Of a stretch of 64,000 nucleotides of DNA, positions 25,735 to 34,771 are shown piece after piece (within the stretch, counting starts at the first letter, position 1; each line of letters starts with the position of its first letter). Under the pieces are notes generated by a model. It was not told where the DNA came from. It was given only the letters and a program-made list of their open reading frames with translations, and searched no databases. The translations under genes and the position numbers were made by a program. Source of the DNA: Myxococcota bacterium (GTDB lineage Bacteria; Myxococcota_A; UBA796; CAJQPC01). Where the stretch lies: positions 8,202-72,201 of the forward strand of contig JAZAMN010000003.1 in NCBI GenBank assembly GCA_036229005.1. Direction: 5' to 3'.

Positions 25735-25757
25735 GTCCACCAAGGTGCGGAGGTCAT

Positions 25758-26499
25758 GTGTTGAGCCTGCTCAGCCTGTGCGCGGCGAGCGGACGGGCCC
25801 AAGAACCCATGTCGGCCAGCGGCGGAGTGGGTCTCTATTCGCACTACAGCTTCCGCGGAGTGAACTACTTCGGCTCCAGCCTGCCGGACAACCCCGCCAT
25901 GCTCCTGGCCCCTTGGGCCGAGGTCGGTCGCGGCGGCTGGACGCTCGGATGGTGGTCGGGCCAGCAGGTCGGAGGCGCAGACCGCGTCGCCCTGGCTGAG
26001 GGGGGCGTCGGGGCGGAGCAGGACCTCTACCTGGGCTGGTCCGCAGATCTGGGGCACAGCGCATCGCTGTCGGCCACCGGCACCGCCTATTGGTACCCCC
26101 GGAGCACCAAGGCGGCCTCGGGCGCCGACGCCGCGCTCTGGCTGGAGCCCTCGGTGGCCTTGAGCTGGGGCCAGGCGCTGAGGTGGTCTGCCGGCGCGGC
26201 CTGGTATCAGGGGGTGCAGCCCAACCTGCGGCCCTGGTCCTATGGGTACCTCTCCAGCAGCGTGGGGCACAGCGTCCCTGTGGGGGAGGGCGGCGCCCTC
26301 GAGCTCGGCCAGCGGCCTCAAGGCCCCCCGCGAGTCCATGCTGTGGACCTCCAACACCTTCGACGCCACGCTCAGCGCGGGTGTCGCCTTCGACCTCGGC
26401 CCTGTGAGTGTGCAGCCGGCCGCCAACCTCACCTTCACCAACGGAGAGGCATGCAGCGAGCGCTTTGGCTGGCTCGGCATCGACCTCTCCGCGTCCTGA
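25758..26499 (+). pseudogene. porin-like beta-barrel gene with an apparent +1 frameshift near 26300-26335
   Basis: Frame A (from GTG 25758) reads VLSLLSLCAASGRAQEP...YSHYSFRGVNYFG...GTAYWYP. It turns Arg-rich after about 26330. Frame B reads ...MLWTSNTFDATLSAGVAFDLGPVSVQPAANLTFTNGEACSERFGWLGIDLSAS and stops at 26499, 9 nt before the MCP gene. A C6 run lies at about 26324-26329. Confidence 0.45.
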
Positions 26500-26508
26500 G
26501 AGCGCACC

Positions 26509-28623
26509 ATGTTCAAGAACCTGAGCCTCGGCATCCGGGCGGCAATGCTCGTGGTCATCGCCGTGGTGGTCCCTGCATCCATCACGCTGTGGACCGGGAT
26601 CAACGCCGCCTCCAAGGCGCTCGACGCCAAGGCCGCCGACCAACTCACCGCCATCCGGACCATCAAGCTCACGCAGGTGGAGCGCTGGTTCCAGGGCTGC
26701 CTGGATGACCTGGAGACCGTCTCGGAGCTGCCCGAGGTGCGCGATGCCTTCGTCGCCTACAGCGAGGCCTACCCCGCGGGCGTCGCCAGCCCCGAGTACG
26801 AGCAGGTCCAGGGTGAGTTCGATGCGCTGCTCGCGGGCTTCTCCCGGCGGCATGCCTTCTACGACCTCTTCCTGATCACGCCCCAGGGGGACATCGTCTA
26901 CACCGCGGAGCACGAGGCCGACTTCGCCACCAACCTCTCCAGCGGTCCCTACGCGGACTCGGATCTGGCCGCCGCCTGGCGGGGGGCCCTGGCCGGGGAG
27001 GAGGTCCTCACGGACTTCGAGCCCTACGCCCCCAGCAACGACGATCCCGCCGCCTTCATCGCCCGGCCTCTGCTCCAGGGAGGGGAGGTCATCGGCGTGG
27101 TCGCGCTGCAGCTCCCCGTGGACCGCCTCAACGCCATCCTCCAGGAGCGCGCTGGCTTGGGCGAGTCTGGAGAGACCTACCTGGTGGGCGCCGACCAGCT
27201 GATGCGCACCGACTCCCGCTTCACCAAGGAGAGCACCCTGCTCCAGCTCGCCGTCGACACCGAGGGCGTGCGGGAGGGCCTGCAGGGCAGCGCGGGCGTG
27301 AAGGTCATCGACGACTACCGCGGGGTCCCCGTCTGGAGCGCCTATGCGCCGTTGGATGTGGCCGGGCTGGACTGGGTGCTGCTCGCAGAGATCGACGAGG
27401 CCGAGGTCGACGCCCCGGTGGTCTCCCTCCGCCGCACCGGCCTGCTCACCCTTGTCCTGCTCTCCTTGGGCTTCGGTGGCGCCGGCTTCTTCGCCTCCCG
27501 GTCCATGTTCAGCCCCCTGACGGGGATGGCCAAGGCGACCCAGGCGATGGCTGCCGGCGACTTCTCGCACACCGTGGAAACTGATCGCACCGACGAGATC
27601 GGAGTCAGTCTGGTGGCCTTCGAGGAGATGCGGGAGCACCTCCAGCAGCTCCTGGGTGAGGTCCGCCAGGTCGTCACCGCGGCCGGTCGAGGAGACCTCA
27701 GCGGGCGGATCAACCAGAGCGCCTACGAGGGGGAGTACGCCACCCTGGCCGGCCTGGTGAACCAGATGGTGCAGAGCTTCGCGGACCCCATCTCCCAGGT
27801 CGTGGCCAGCGCCAAGAAGGTGGGGCACTCGGCCGAGGAGATCCAGAGCCAGAGCGAGAGCATCGCGCAGGGGGCCAGCGAGCAGGCCGGCTCCCTGGAG
27901 GAGACCGCGGCCTCGATGGAGGAGATCAGCGGGATGACCCAGCGCACTGCCGCCAACACCCAGGTCGCCCGGCAGCTCACCGAGGGCACCCTGGAGTCGG
28001 TGCGCGAAGGCGAGGCCGTCGTCGGCGAGATGGTCAGCTCCATGGACGAGATCCGCAGCTCCGCCAAGAACACCGCGGAGATCATCAAGTCCATCAACCA
28101 GATCGCCTTCCAGACCAACCTGCTCGCCCTCAACGCTGCCGTCGAGGCGGCCCGAGCGGGTGAGGCTGGCCGCGGCTTCGCGGTGGTCGCCGAGGAGGTG
28201 CGCAACCTCGCGCTGCGCTCCAACGAGGCCGCCCAGCGCACCGAGAGCCTCATCCACGAGTCGGTCGCTCTGGCCGAGCGCGGTCAGGGCCTCTCCGAGC
28301 GGGTGCGCACCCAGCTCGCCGCCATCGTGGACAAGGTCGACAAGGTCACCGGCGTGGTCGCCGAGATCTCCGCGGCCAGCGAGGAGCAGGCGCGCGGGGT
28401 GGCCCAGGTCACCCAGTCCATGTCCGCCATGGACCAGGTCGTCCAGAACGCCGCCGGAGCCGCTGCCGCATCCTCTGCGTCCGCCGAGCAGCTCAACACC
28501 GAGGCCGCCGAGATGCAGCGGGCCATCGCCCACTTCCAGGTGGGCGGGGCGAACCCGGCGAGCCCCCAGCCGGTCAGCAGCGGCTTTGACGACGACAGCG
28601 TCTGGAGTGAGTTCGCGGCCTGA
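26509..28623 (+). CDS. methyl-accepting chemotaxis protein (dCache-type sensor, HAMP, MA domain)
   Basis: Two TM segments flank a Cache-like periplasmic domain ([15 protein letters not shown]..., [15 protein letters not shown]). HAMP segment [20 protein letters not shown]. Signalling hairpin [33 protein letters not shown]. The C-terminus is VWSEFAA. Confidence 0.95.
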   Translation: MFKNLSLGIRAAMLVVIAVVVPASITLWTGINAASKALDAKAADQLTAIRTIKLTQVERWFQGCLDDLETVSELPEVRDAFVAYSEAYPAGVASPEYEQVQGEFDALLAGFSRRHAFYDLFLITPQGDIVYTAEHEADFATNLSSGPYADSDLAAAWRGALAGEEVLTDFEPYAPSNDDPAAFIARPLLQGGEVIGVVALQLPVDRLNAILQERAGLGESGETYLVGADQLMRTDSRFTKESTLLQLAVDTEGVREGLQGSAGVKVIDDYRGVPVWSAYAPLDVAGLDWVLLAEIDEAEVDAPVVSLRRTGLLTLVLLSLGFGGAGFFASRSMFSPLTGMAKATQAMAAGDFSHTVETDRTDEIGVSLVAFEEMREHLQQLLGEVRQVVTAAGRGDLSGRINQSAYEGEYATLAGLVNQMVQSFADPISQVVASAKKVGHSAEEIQSQSESIAQGASEQAGSLEETAASMEEISGMTQRTAANTQVARQLTEGTLESVREGEAVVGEMVSSMDEIRSSAKNTAEIIKSINQIAFQTNLLALNAAVEAARAGEAGRGFAVVAEEVRNLALRSNEAAQRTESLIHESVALAERGQGLSERVRTQLAAIVDKVDKVTGVVAEISAASEEQARGVAQVTQSMSAMDQVVQNAAGAAAASSASAEQLNTEAAEMQRAIAHFQVGGANPASPQPVSSGFDDDSVWSEFAA

Positions 28624-28643
28624 GCGCAGGCGGACAGGGAGCG

Positions 28644-29531
28644 CTACCCGCCCGTGGCCCAGGCCCCACCGGCCTCGGGCTCAAAGGCCTGCCCGTCAAA
28701 GGCGAAGCGCTCCACCCCCGTCAGCGCCCCGTCCTGCACCTCGTAGACGCAAAAATGCGCGGTGCGGCCCTTGTCCGGCAGGAAGGCGTAGCCGCCGGCC
28801 CCCGGGTTGAGGATGTCGATGTCCGGGCCCTCCGGGTTGGGCAGCGCCGTGCGGAAGCCGTGGTGTTCGTGGCCATGGAGGATGGCCCCGACCCGGTGCG
28901 CGTGGCGCAGGAGCACGGCCTCCAGGGCGGCGGCGTTCTTGATGTTCCGGGTGTCGGGCCCGTAGGGTTCGCCCCGGCGGCCGCGCAGGGGGTAGTGCAC
29001 CATCAGGAACACAAAGCGCCCGTCCAGTTGGGGGGAGGCGAGGAGCTGATCCAGGCGCTCGAGCTGCTCTGGGTCCACCTCTCCAGTCGAGAGGATGGGC
29101 CTGTGCCTGCAGACGTCCACCCCGATGAACGCGAGGTCACCGTGAAGATGAAGCCGCGGCCAGGGGCCGCTCCCGGTCCACTCCCCAAAGTGGCGCTCGA
29201 TCCAGCGCTCTGCCTGGACCTGGGCCACGTAGGTGTCGTGGTTTCCGGGGATCAGCACCGAGGGCTGCGCCTCGAACATGGGGCCCAGCAGCTCCCGGGC
29301 CGCCAGGAACTCCGCCTCGGAGGCCAGGGCGGTCAGGTCACCGGTGCAGGCCAGCAGGTCAGGCTTCTGGGCCAGCACCGCGTCCACCAGGGCGCTCTGG
29401 GCGGCCGCCGTGAAGTGGCTGCGGCGTCCGGCCAGGTAGAGGTTCGCGGCCCCCAGGGCCCGCTTGCCAAAGAGCTCGCTGAGCTTGGGGGCGCGCTGGA
29501 CGTGGATGTCGGTGACGTGGGCGATTCGCAT
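28644..29531 (-). CDS. calcineurin-like metallophosphoesterase
   Basis: Motifs MRIAHVTDIHV, CTGDLT, IPGNHD, MVHYP and ILHGHEHHG. Confidence 0.85.
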   Translation of the reverse strand: MRIAHVTDIHVQRAPKLSELFGKRALGAANLYLAGRRSHFTAAAQSALVDAVLAQKPDLLACTGDLTALASEAEFLAARELLGPMFEAQPSVLIPGNHDTYVAQVQAERWIERHFGEWTGSGPWPRLHLHGDLAFIGVDVCRHRPILSTGEVDPEQLERLDQLLASPQLDGRFVFLMVHYPLRGRRGEPYGPDTRNIKNAAALEAVLLRHAHRVGAILHGHEHHGFRTALPNPEGPDIDILNPGAGGYAFLPDKGRTAHFCVYEVQDGALTGVERFAFDGQAFEPEAGGAWATGG

Positions 29532-29595
29532 GCCCTGGACCTATCCTCTGGGAGGGGGGGCTGGGAGCGGATAGGTGCCCGGGACAGGAGACCGA

Positions 29596-30234
29596 ATGTC
29601 TGACCCCCGCACCCTGCTGGACAAGGCCGCGCAACAGCGGCAGCCCCTCAAGCTCCGCTCCAAGGCGGGGGAGTGGGTGAGCGCCCGCGTGGTGCGCGTG
29701 GAGAAGGGCGGCGTGGTGGTCGCGCTCGAGAAGCCCCGCTTCACCAGCGGCGAGGACCTGCGGGCCTGGATCTCGGTGGACGGCACCCCCTACACCTTCT
29801 CGGCCTCGGTGCTGCGCGATGGCGTGCCCATCCCCGACCGCAGCCGGGCGGGCCTGCTGCTGGGCTACCTGGAGGGCTTCGAGGAGGGGCGGCCGGAGCC
29901 CCGGTCCAAGGGCAGCGCCAAGACCAACTCGGCGCAGATCGAGGTGCTCCCCGCCGCCGGCCGCGGCCTGCGCCTGCTCGGTGGCGATGTGCGCCTGGTC
30001 GAACTCAGCGTCAAGCAGCTCGCCTTCGCGGTCCCTCAGCGCATCGCCCTCAAGTTCGTCGAGGGCAGCAGCGTGCGCGTGCGCATGCGCACCGAACAGG
30101 GCGTGGTCTGCGTGGCCGAGGGGGAGATCCGCCGCCTGGTGCGGGACGAGGGCCACTACCTCTACGGCCTGCACTTCACCCAGGTCCAGGACCCGGCGCT
30201 GCACCTGCAGGTGGTCAGCGCTCTGGTTCGCTGA
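29596..30234 (+). CDS. YcgR/PilZ-like protein with degenerate c-di-GMP motifs
   Basis: GGAG 6 nt upstream of ATG 29596. The C-terminal beta-barrel pattern VELSVKQLAFAV...VRVRMRTEQGVVCVAEGEIRRLVRDEGHYLYGLHFTQV resembles PilZ. No clear RxxxR, and D/NxSxxG is replaced by ELSVKQ. Confidence 0.45.
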   Translation: MSDPRTLLDKAAQQRQPLKLRSKAGEWVSARVVRVEKGGVVVALEKPRFTSGEDLRAWISVDGTPYTFSASVLRDGVPIPDRSRAGLLLGYLEGFEEGRPEPRSKGSAKTNSAQIEVLPAAGRGLRLLGGDVRLVELSVKQLAFAVPQRIALKFVEGSSVRVRMRTEQGVVCVAEGEIRRLVRDEGHYLYGLHFTQVQDPALHLQVVSALVR

Positions 30235-30290
30235 AGCCGGGGGGTTCGCTGAAGCAGGCGGGTCCGCTGAAGCAGGCGGTCCGCTGAGCG
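30227..30290. repeat. about 18-bp tandem repeat x3.5 spanning the stop codon of the PilZ-like gene
   Basis: ttcgctgaagccgggggg / ttcgctgaagcaggcggg / tccgctgaagcaggcgg / tccgctgagcgg, read directly. Each copy carries GCTGA. Confidence 0.9.
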
Positions 30291-30300
30291 GGCCGCTCAG
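30284..30300. terminator. short GC hairpin between convergent genes
   Basis: CTGAGCG-GGC-CGCTCAG, a perfect 7-bp stem. It overlaps the stop of the minus-strand small ORF. There is no T-tract, so terminator function is uncertain. Confidence 0.35.
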
Positions 30301-30419
30301 TCCTTGGGGGGAGGGGACTTCATCGCCCGCCAGACCATGCCTCCGATGAACAGGGGCATGACGACGAGGAACGCGACCGTCCCCCAGATGAGCACGGAAT
30401 CAATCAACGGGTCAGACAT
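30297..30419 (-). CDS. unannotated 40-aa small membrane protein
   Basis: Hand translation gives MSDPLIDSVLIWGTVAFLVVMPLFIGGMVWRAMKSPPPKD. It has one TM helix. GGAGG lies 5 nt upstream of the ATG (GGAGGTTGTCATG). Too short for the ORF track. Confidence 0.45.
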   Translation of the reverse strand: MSDPLIDSVLIWGTVAFLVVMPLFIGGMVWRAMKSPPPKD

Positions 30420-30587
30420 GACAACCTCCACAAGGGGGCCCTGCGTGGCGCGGCCCCTCGCGGCATATGTCTGCAAGCCCAGTGCCAGTGAGGCCTCCTC
30501 AAGGGTCTGATCTCGCTCAGCAATCCCGGGGGCTGTGTGTGTGGGAAGCCCCGCTGGGGCTGTGCGGGATGCCCCAGAGCACAGAAG

Positions 30588-30633
30588 GCGCCCCCGAAGG
30601 GACGCCCTCTCTCAGCGCGAAGCCCCGAAGGGC
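30588..30633 (-). terminator. two GC-rich tetraloop hairpins downstream of cysNC
   Basis: On the minus strand, GCCC-TTCG-GGGC (30622-30633) and GGCGTCCC-TTCG-GGGGCGCC (30588-30607) lie directly after the cysNC stop. No clear U-tract. Confidence 0.4.
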
Positions 30634-30643
30634 CACCGCGGAC

Positions 30644-32497
30644 TCAGTGGGTGGGCCGCTCGAACTGCCCGGCCTTGTCCAGGAAGTCGATGACCTGGTC
30701 CACCGCGTCGCTCAGGCGCACATCGTCCAGGGCGATGGTGAGCTCGGGCTCGCGGGGCGGCTCGAAGTCGTCCACCTTGGCGTCGGGGCGACGCTCGCGG
30801 CAGATCTCCGGGTCGGTGTTCACGTAGATCTGCATCACGCGGTCGGCGCCCACCTTCTCCCGCAGGTGCCGGCGGTCGTCCCGGTGGTAGGCCGGGTACG
30901 CGCAGATGGTGATCAGGCCGGCGTCCGTGGCGGCCTTGCAGGCGGCCAGGATGGCGTTGAAGTCGTTGCCGCTGGGGTCCACCACGGTCGCGGTGCGGCC
31001 GTCGTCGAAGAGGCGACGCTCCAGCGCGTAGGCCAGGTGCCAGCGACCGGAGCCGGGCAGGCCAGTGAGCCAGATGGTGGCGCCCTTCTGGCCCAGGCGG
31101 TCGTGGCGCTCCCGGGGGGAGACCTGGGTGTTGGCGCGCATCGCGGAGCCCGCGCGGGCCTCCTTGAGCAGGGCCTCCAGGTCCTGACGCTCGGCGCCCA
31201 GATCCGCGATCATGCCGGCGGCGACGGTGTTGTTCGTGCCGGAGTCGATCAGGATGAACGAGCCGGTGTTCCGGTTGTTCGTGTACGGGTCGGTGTAGAG
31301 CGCCCGGGTGCAGGACAGGGTCACGCGGCCGATGTCGTTCAGATCCATGCCGGTGGCGGCGTGGTCGTCCTCCATCGTCTCCATGTCCTTGACCCAGTGC
31401 ACGTCGGCCACCTGCGCGCGCACCGTCTGGGTGGTGTGCTTGAGCAGGTAGGACTTCTGGGGGTCCAGGGAGGTCTCGGACATCCAGACCAGGTGGGCCT
31501 CGACCTTGCGTTCCACGCGGGGCAGGTTGTCGGCCTTGACCAGCATGTCGCCGCGGGAGATGTCGATCTCATCGTCCAGGCGGATGGTCACGGACTGGGG
31601 CACGCGGGCGCCCTCGGAGGGCTCTCCGTGGATGTCCACGGCCTTCACGGTGCTGGTCTTGCCGGAGGGCAGGGCCATGACCGCGTCGCCGGGCTTGATG
31701 GAGCCGGAGGCGATCTGGCCCGAGAAGCCGCGGTAGTCCAGGTTGGGGCGCAGCACGTTCTGCACCGGGAAGCGGAAGTCCTCGGTGTTCAGGTCCGCGT
31801 CCACCGGCACCGTCTCCAGGTAGGACAGCACGCTGTGGCCGTCGTACCAGGGGGTCTTCTCGCTGGGGCCCACCACGTTGTCGCCCTTGAGGGCGGACAC
31901 CGGGAAGAAGTAGACATCCTTGAAGTTCAGCTCGCCGGCCACCTGCTTGAAGTCGGCCTTGATGCGCTCAAAGACCTGTTGGTCGTAGGAGACCAGGTCC
32001 ATCTTGTTCACGCACACTGCCAGGTGGGGGATGCCCAGCAGGCTGGCGATGAAGGCGTGGCGCTTGGACTGCTGCAGCACGCCCAGGCGGGCGTCGATCA
32101 GGATGATGCCGACATCCGCCGTGCTCGCGCCGGTCACCATGTTCCGGGTGTACTGCACGTGCCCGGGGGTGTCCGCGATGATGAACTTGCGGGCGTCGGT
32201 GGCGAAGTAGCGGTAGGCCACGTCGATGGTGATGCCCTGCTCGCGCTCGGCGCGCAGGCCGTCGGTGAGCAGGGAGAAGTCGATCTCCTCGCCCTCGATG
32301 TTCGAGGCCTTCTTCACGGCCTCGAGCTGGTCCTCGTAGACCATCCCGGTGTCGTGCAGCAGGCGGCCGATAAGGGTGCTCTTCCCGTCGTCCACGGAGC
32401 CCACAGCGACAAAGCGAAGCTGCTCCTTGTACTCGTAGCGGGAGAGGTAGGCGTGGATGTCGGAGCGGATCAGCTCCGCGTCGGTGGTCTTGGCCAT
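30644..32497 (-). CDS. cysNC: sulfate adenylyltransferase subunit 1 fused to an APS-kinase-like domain (CysN/CysC)
   Basis: GTPase motifs GSVDDGKST, DTPGH and NKMD. The C-terminal domain reads GATIWLTGLPGSGRWHLAYALERRL, where canonical APS kinases have GLSGSGKS. TAATG overlap with cysD. Confidence 0.9.
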   Translation of the reverse strand: MAKTTDAELIRSDIHAYLSRYEYKEQLRFVAVGSVDDGKSTLIGRLLHDTGMVYEDQLEAVKKASNIEGEEIDFSLLTDGLRAEREQGITIDVAYRYFATDARKFIIADTPGHVQYTRNMVTGASTADVGIILIDARLGVLQQSKRHAFIASLLGIPHLAVCVNKMDLVSYDQQVFERIKADFKQVAGELNFKDVYFFPVSALKGDNVVGPSEKTPWYDGHSVLSYLETVPVDADLNTEDFRFPVQNVLRPNLDYRGFSGQIASGSIKPGDAVMALPSGKTSTVKAVDIHGEPSEGARVPQSVTIRLDDEIDISRGDMLVKADNLPRVERKVEAHLVWMSETSLDPQKSYLLKHTTQTVRAQVADVHWVKDMETMEDDHAATGMDLNDIGRVTLSCTRALYTDPYTNNRNTGSFILIDSGTNNTVAAGMIADLGAERQDLEALLKEARAGSAMRANTQVSPRERHDRLGQKGATIWLTGLPGSGRWHLAYALERRLFDDGRTATVVDPSGNDFNAILAACKAATDAGLITICAYPAYHRDDRRHLREKVGADRVMQIYVNTDPEICRERRPDAKVDDFEPPREPELTIALDDVRLSDAVDQVIDFLDKAGQFERPTH

Positions 32498-33408
32498 TAG
32501 AAGTAGCCCTCCCGCTTCTTGCGCTCCATGGAGCCGTCCTCGTCGAAGTCGATCAGGCGGCCCTGCCGCTCAGACCAGGTGGTGGTCAGCATCTCCTGGA
32601 TGACCTCAGGCACCGTCGCCGCAGTGGACTCCACCGCGCCGGACAGCGGGTAGCAGCCCAGGGTGCGGAAGCGGACGTCCTTCATGACGGGCTCTTCCCC
32701 GTCCTTGAGGCGCATGCGCTCGTCGTTGACCATGATCCAGGTGCCGTCGCGCAGCACCATCGGGCGCTTCTCGGACAGGTACAGGGGCACGATGTCGATG
32801 CCCTCGCGCTCGATGTAGAGCCAGATGTCCAGCTCGGTCCAGTTGGAGAGCGGGAACACGCGCACGCTCTCACCCTTGCGGATGCGGGTGTTGTAGTTGG
32901 ACCAGAGCTCCGGGCGCTGGTTCTTGGGGTCCCACTGGTGGAAGCGGTCGCGGAAGGAGAAGATGCGCTCCTTGGCGCGGCTGCGCTCCTCGTCCCGGCG
33001 GGCGCCACCGAATGCGCAGTCGAACCCGTACTTGTTGAGCGCCTGCTTGAGGCCCTCGGTCTTCATGATCCCCGTGTAGTGGTTCGACCCGTAGTCGAAG
33101 GGGTTCATGTTCTGCTTCACGCCGTCCTGGTTGATGTGGACGATGAGGTCGATGCCGTTCTTCCGCGCGTACTCATCGCGGAAGGTGATCATCTCCTTGA
33201 ACTTCCAGGTGGTGTCCACGTGCAGGAAGGGGAAGGGGGGCTTCCCGGGCGCGAAGGCCTTGAGGGCCAGGTGCGCCATCACGCCCGAGTCCTTGCCGAT
33301 GCTGTAGAGCATCACCGGGTTCTCGAACTCCGCGGCGGCCTCGCGGATGATGTGGATGCTCTCTGTCTCGAGCTGCTGCAGGTGGGTCAGTCTGTCTTGG
33401 AGTGACAT
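32497..33408 (-). CDS. cysD: sulfate adenylyltransferase subunit 2 CysD
   Basis: [47 protein letters not shown]... is the PAPS-reductase-fold CysD pattern. 303 aa from ATG 33408; the ORF-track start at 33510 adds an unlikely Pro/Arg-rich extension. Confidence 0.95.
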   Translation of the reverse strand: MSLQDRLTHLQQLETESIHIIREAAAEFENPVMLYSIGKDSGVMAHLALKAFAPGKPPFPFLHVDTTWKFKEMITFRDEYARKNGIDLIVHINQDGVKQNMNPFDYGSNHYTGIMKTEGLKQALNKYGFDCAFGGARRDEERSRAKERIFSFRDRFHQWDPKNQRPELWSNYNTRIRKGESVRVFPLSNWTELDIWLYIEREGIDIVPLYLSEKRPMVLRDGTWIMVNDERMRLKDGEEPVMKDVRFRTLGCYPLSGAVESTAATVPEVIQEMLTTTWSERQGRLIDFDEDGSMERKKREGYF

Positions 33409-33559
33409 GGTGGTCCGGGGTCGCAGGGGATGCCTGGTGGCACAGGCGGGGGGGACTACTAGCGTCCACCGGGGCCTGTTGCCACCTGTGGGTTGACAGG
33501 GGGGGCTCACGAATATGGCGTCCAGGCGGGCGCTCTGCGCCCTGCACGGTCACTGCACG

Positions 33560-34771
33560 CTACTTCCTCCGCTCGATCTGAGCGATGAGGTCCTCCAGGC
33601 TCCCGCCCGCACCCCCATCCAGATCGACCACCCCATCACTCTGTGCACCCCGCGGCGCCGACGAGGACAGGCTGCCCATGTCCGGCGCGCGTTGCGTCGG
33701 GGCCAGGGGCGGCGGCTCCTCGAAGGCCGGCGGCGGGGGCTGGATCCTGGGCCGCACGAAGCTGCCGCGGCCCCCCAGCCAGCGCCGGTAGCGCTCCCAG
33801 CTCCACTGCCCGTCCTGGGCGCCGATCTCCATGAGCTGCTCGATCTTGTGGAGCTGGCCTTCACGGATGATGGCGCGGATGGCCGTCGTGGTGCGCAGGA
33901 TCTGGCACTCGGGCACCCGGAAGTCCAGGTTCGGGCGCCGCACCAGGCGCTGCGCCACCACGCCGACCAGGCTGCTGGCGAGCTGCACGCGAACGCCCGC
34001 CTGGGACTCCGGAGGGAAGCTGGAGATCAGCCGCTGCAGGGCCTCGCTGACGCTGCCGGCGTGCATGCTGGCCAGCACCAGGTGGCCGGTCTCCGCCGCG
34101 TCCAGGGTGAGCTGCATCGTGCGCGCGCGGCGCATCTCGCCGACCAGGATGACGTCCGGATCCTCGCGCATCGCGTCCAGCAGGCCCTGCTCGAAGCTGG
34201 GTGTGTGCCGCCCCACCTCGCGCTGGCGGACGAACGCGTGCTGGGTGCGGAATCGGTACTCGACCGGCTCCTCCAGCGTGAGAACGTGTCGGGCGGGGGG
34301 CCTGTCCAGCTCCTGGATCAGGGCCGCCAGGGTGCTGGACTTGCCCGAGCCCGTGGTGCCCACCACCAGCACCAGCCCATGGCGCACCGCTACGAGCCCC
34401 TCCAGATCGGGGTGCAGGTTCAGGCGCCCCAGGGAGGGCTGCCCTCCGCTGAGCAGCCTCACGGCCAGGCCAACCCCCCGCAGAGACTGCAGCAGGTTGA
34501 TGCGGCAGGCCACCCCCGCGATGCGCTGGGACAGGTCGTAGCTGCGGCGCTCCAGGAAGCGGGGCCACTCGCTGTCGGGGATCAGCCGGCGGGCCAGCTC
34601 GCGGGTCTGCTGGGCCGTGATGGGGCTCCCGCTGCGCTGCAGGCGCCCGTCCACGCGCACCGCGGCGGGCAGGCCGGGCTCCAGGTGCAGGTCGCTCGCG
34701 CCGGCAGCGTGGGCGCTCTGGATCAGGGCTTCAATCATCACGGGGCTCCGGTCTGGGCAGTGTTTCGCCAC
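33560..34771 (-). CDS. pilT: PilT-family type IV pilus retraction ATPase paralog with a Pro-rich C-terminal extension
   Basis: Walker A GTTGSGKSST, Walker B DPDVILVGEMR, His box GHLVLASMH, and AIRAIIREG (compare AIRNLIRE). About 60 extra C-terminal residues (PRIQPPPPAFEEPPPLAPTQ...). Confidence 0.85.
   Translation of the reverse strand: MAKHCPDRSPVMIEALIQSAHAAGASDLHLEPGLPAAVRVDGRLQRSGSPITAQQTRELARRLIPDSEWPRFLERRSYDLSQRIAGVACRINLLQSLRGVGLAVRLLSGGQPSLGRLNLHPDLEGLVAVRHGLVLVVGTTGSGKSSTLAALIQELDRPPARHVLTLEEPVEYRFRTQHAFVRQREVGRHTPSFEQGLLDAMREDPDVILVGEMRRARTMQLTLDAAETGHLVLASMHAGSVSEALQRLISSFPPESQAGVRVQLASSLVGVVAQRLVRRPNLDFRVPECQILRTTTAIRAIIREGQLHKIEQLMEIGAQDGQWSWERYRRWLGGRGSFVRPRIQPPPPAFEEPPPLAPTQRAPDMGSLSSSAPRGAQSDGVVDLDGGAGGSLEDLIAQIERRK

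Noticed and set aside
25771-28533. 920-aa ORF on the minus strand
   Set aside because: It is antisense to the MCP, whose signalling hairpin is perfectly conserved. The composition is shadow-frame-like (GxxG/Arg runs).
28600-28623. MCP C-terminal VWSEF as a CheR/CheB-tethering pentapeptide
   Set aside because: It resembles the xWxxF pentapeptide but is followed by two extra residues (AA) rather than being the extreme C-terminus. This cannot be evaluated without cheR/cheB context, so it is noted only in the feature evidence.
30467-32500. 677-aa plus-strand ORF
   Set aside because: It is antisense to cysNC and has Gly/Val/Ala/His-rich shadow composition. The same reasoning applies to 12989-15118(-), 21196-23571(-), 55689-57752(+), 57864-59933(+), 61135-63117(-), 40553-42310(+) and 35163-36527(-).
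33493-33519. TTGACA-N15-TATGGC sigma-70-like promoter on the plus strand
   Set aside because: The spacer is too short (15 nt). No plus-strand gene lies downstream, since it would read antisense into the pilT paralog. It is probably a chance match in the cysD upstream region.
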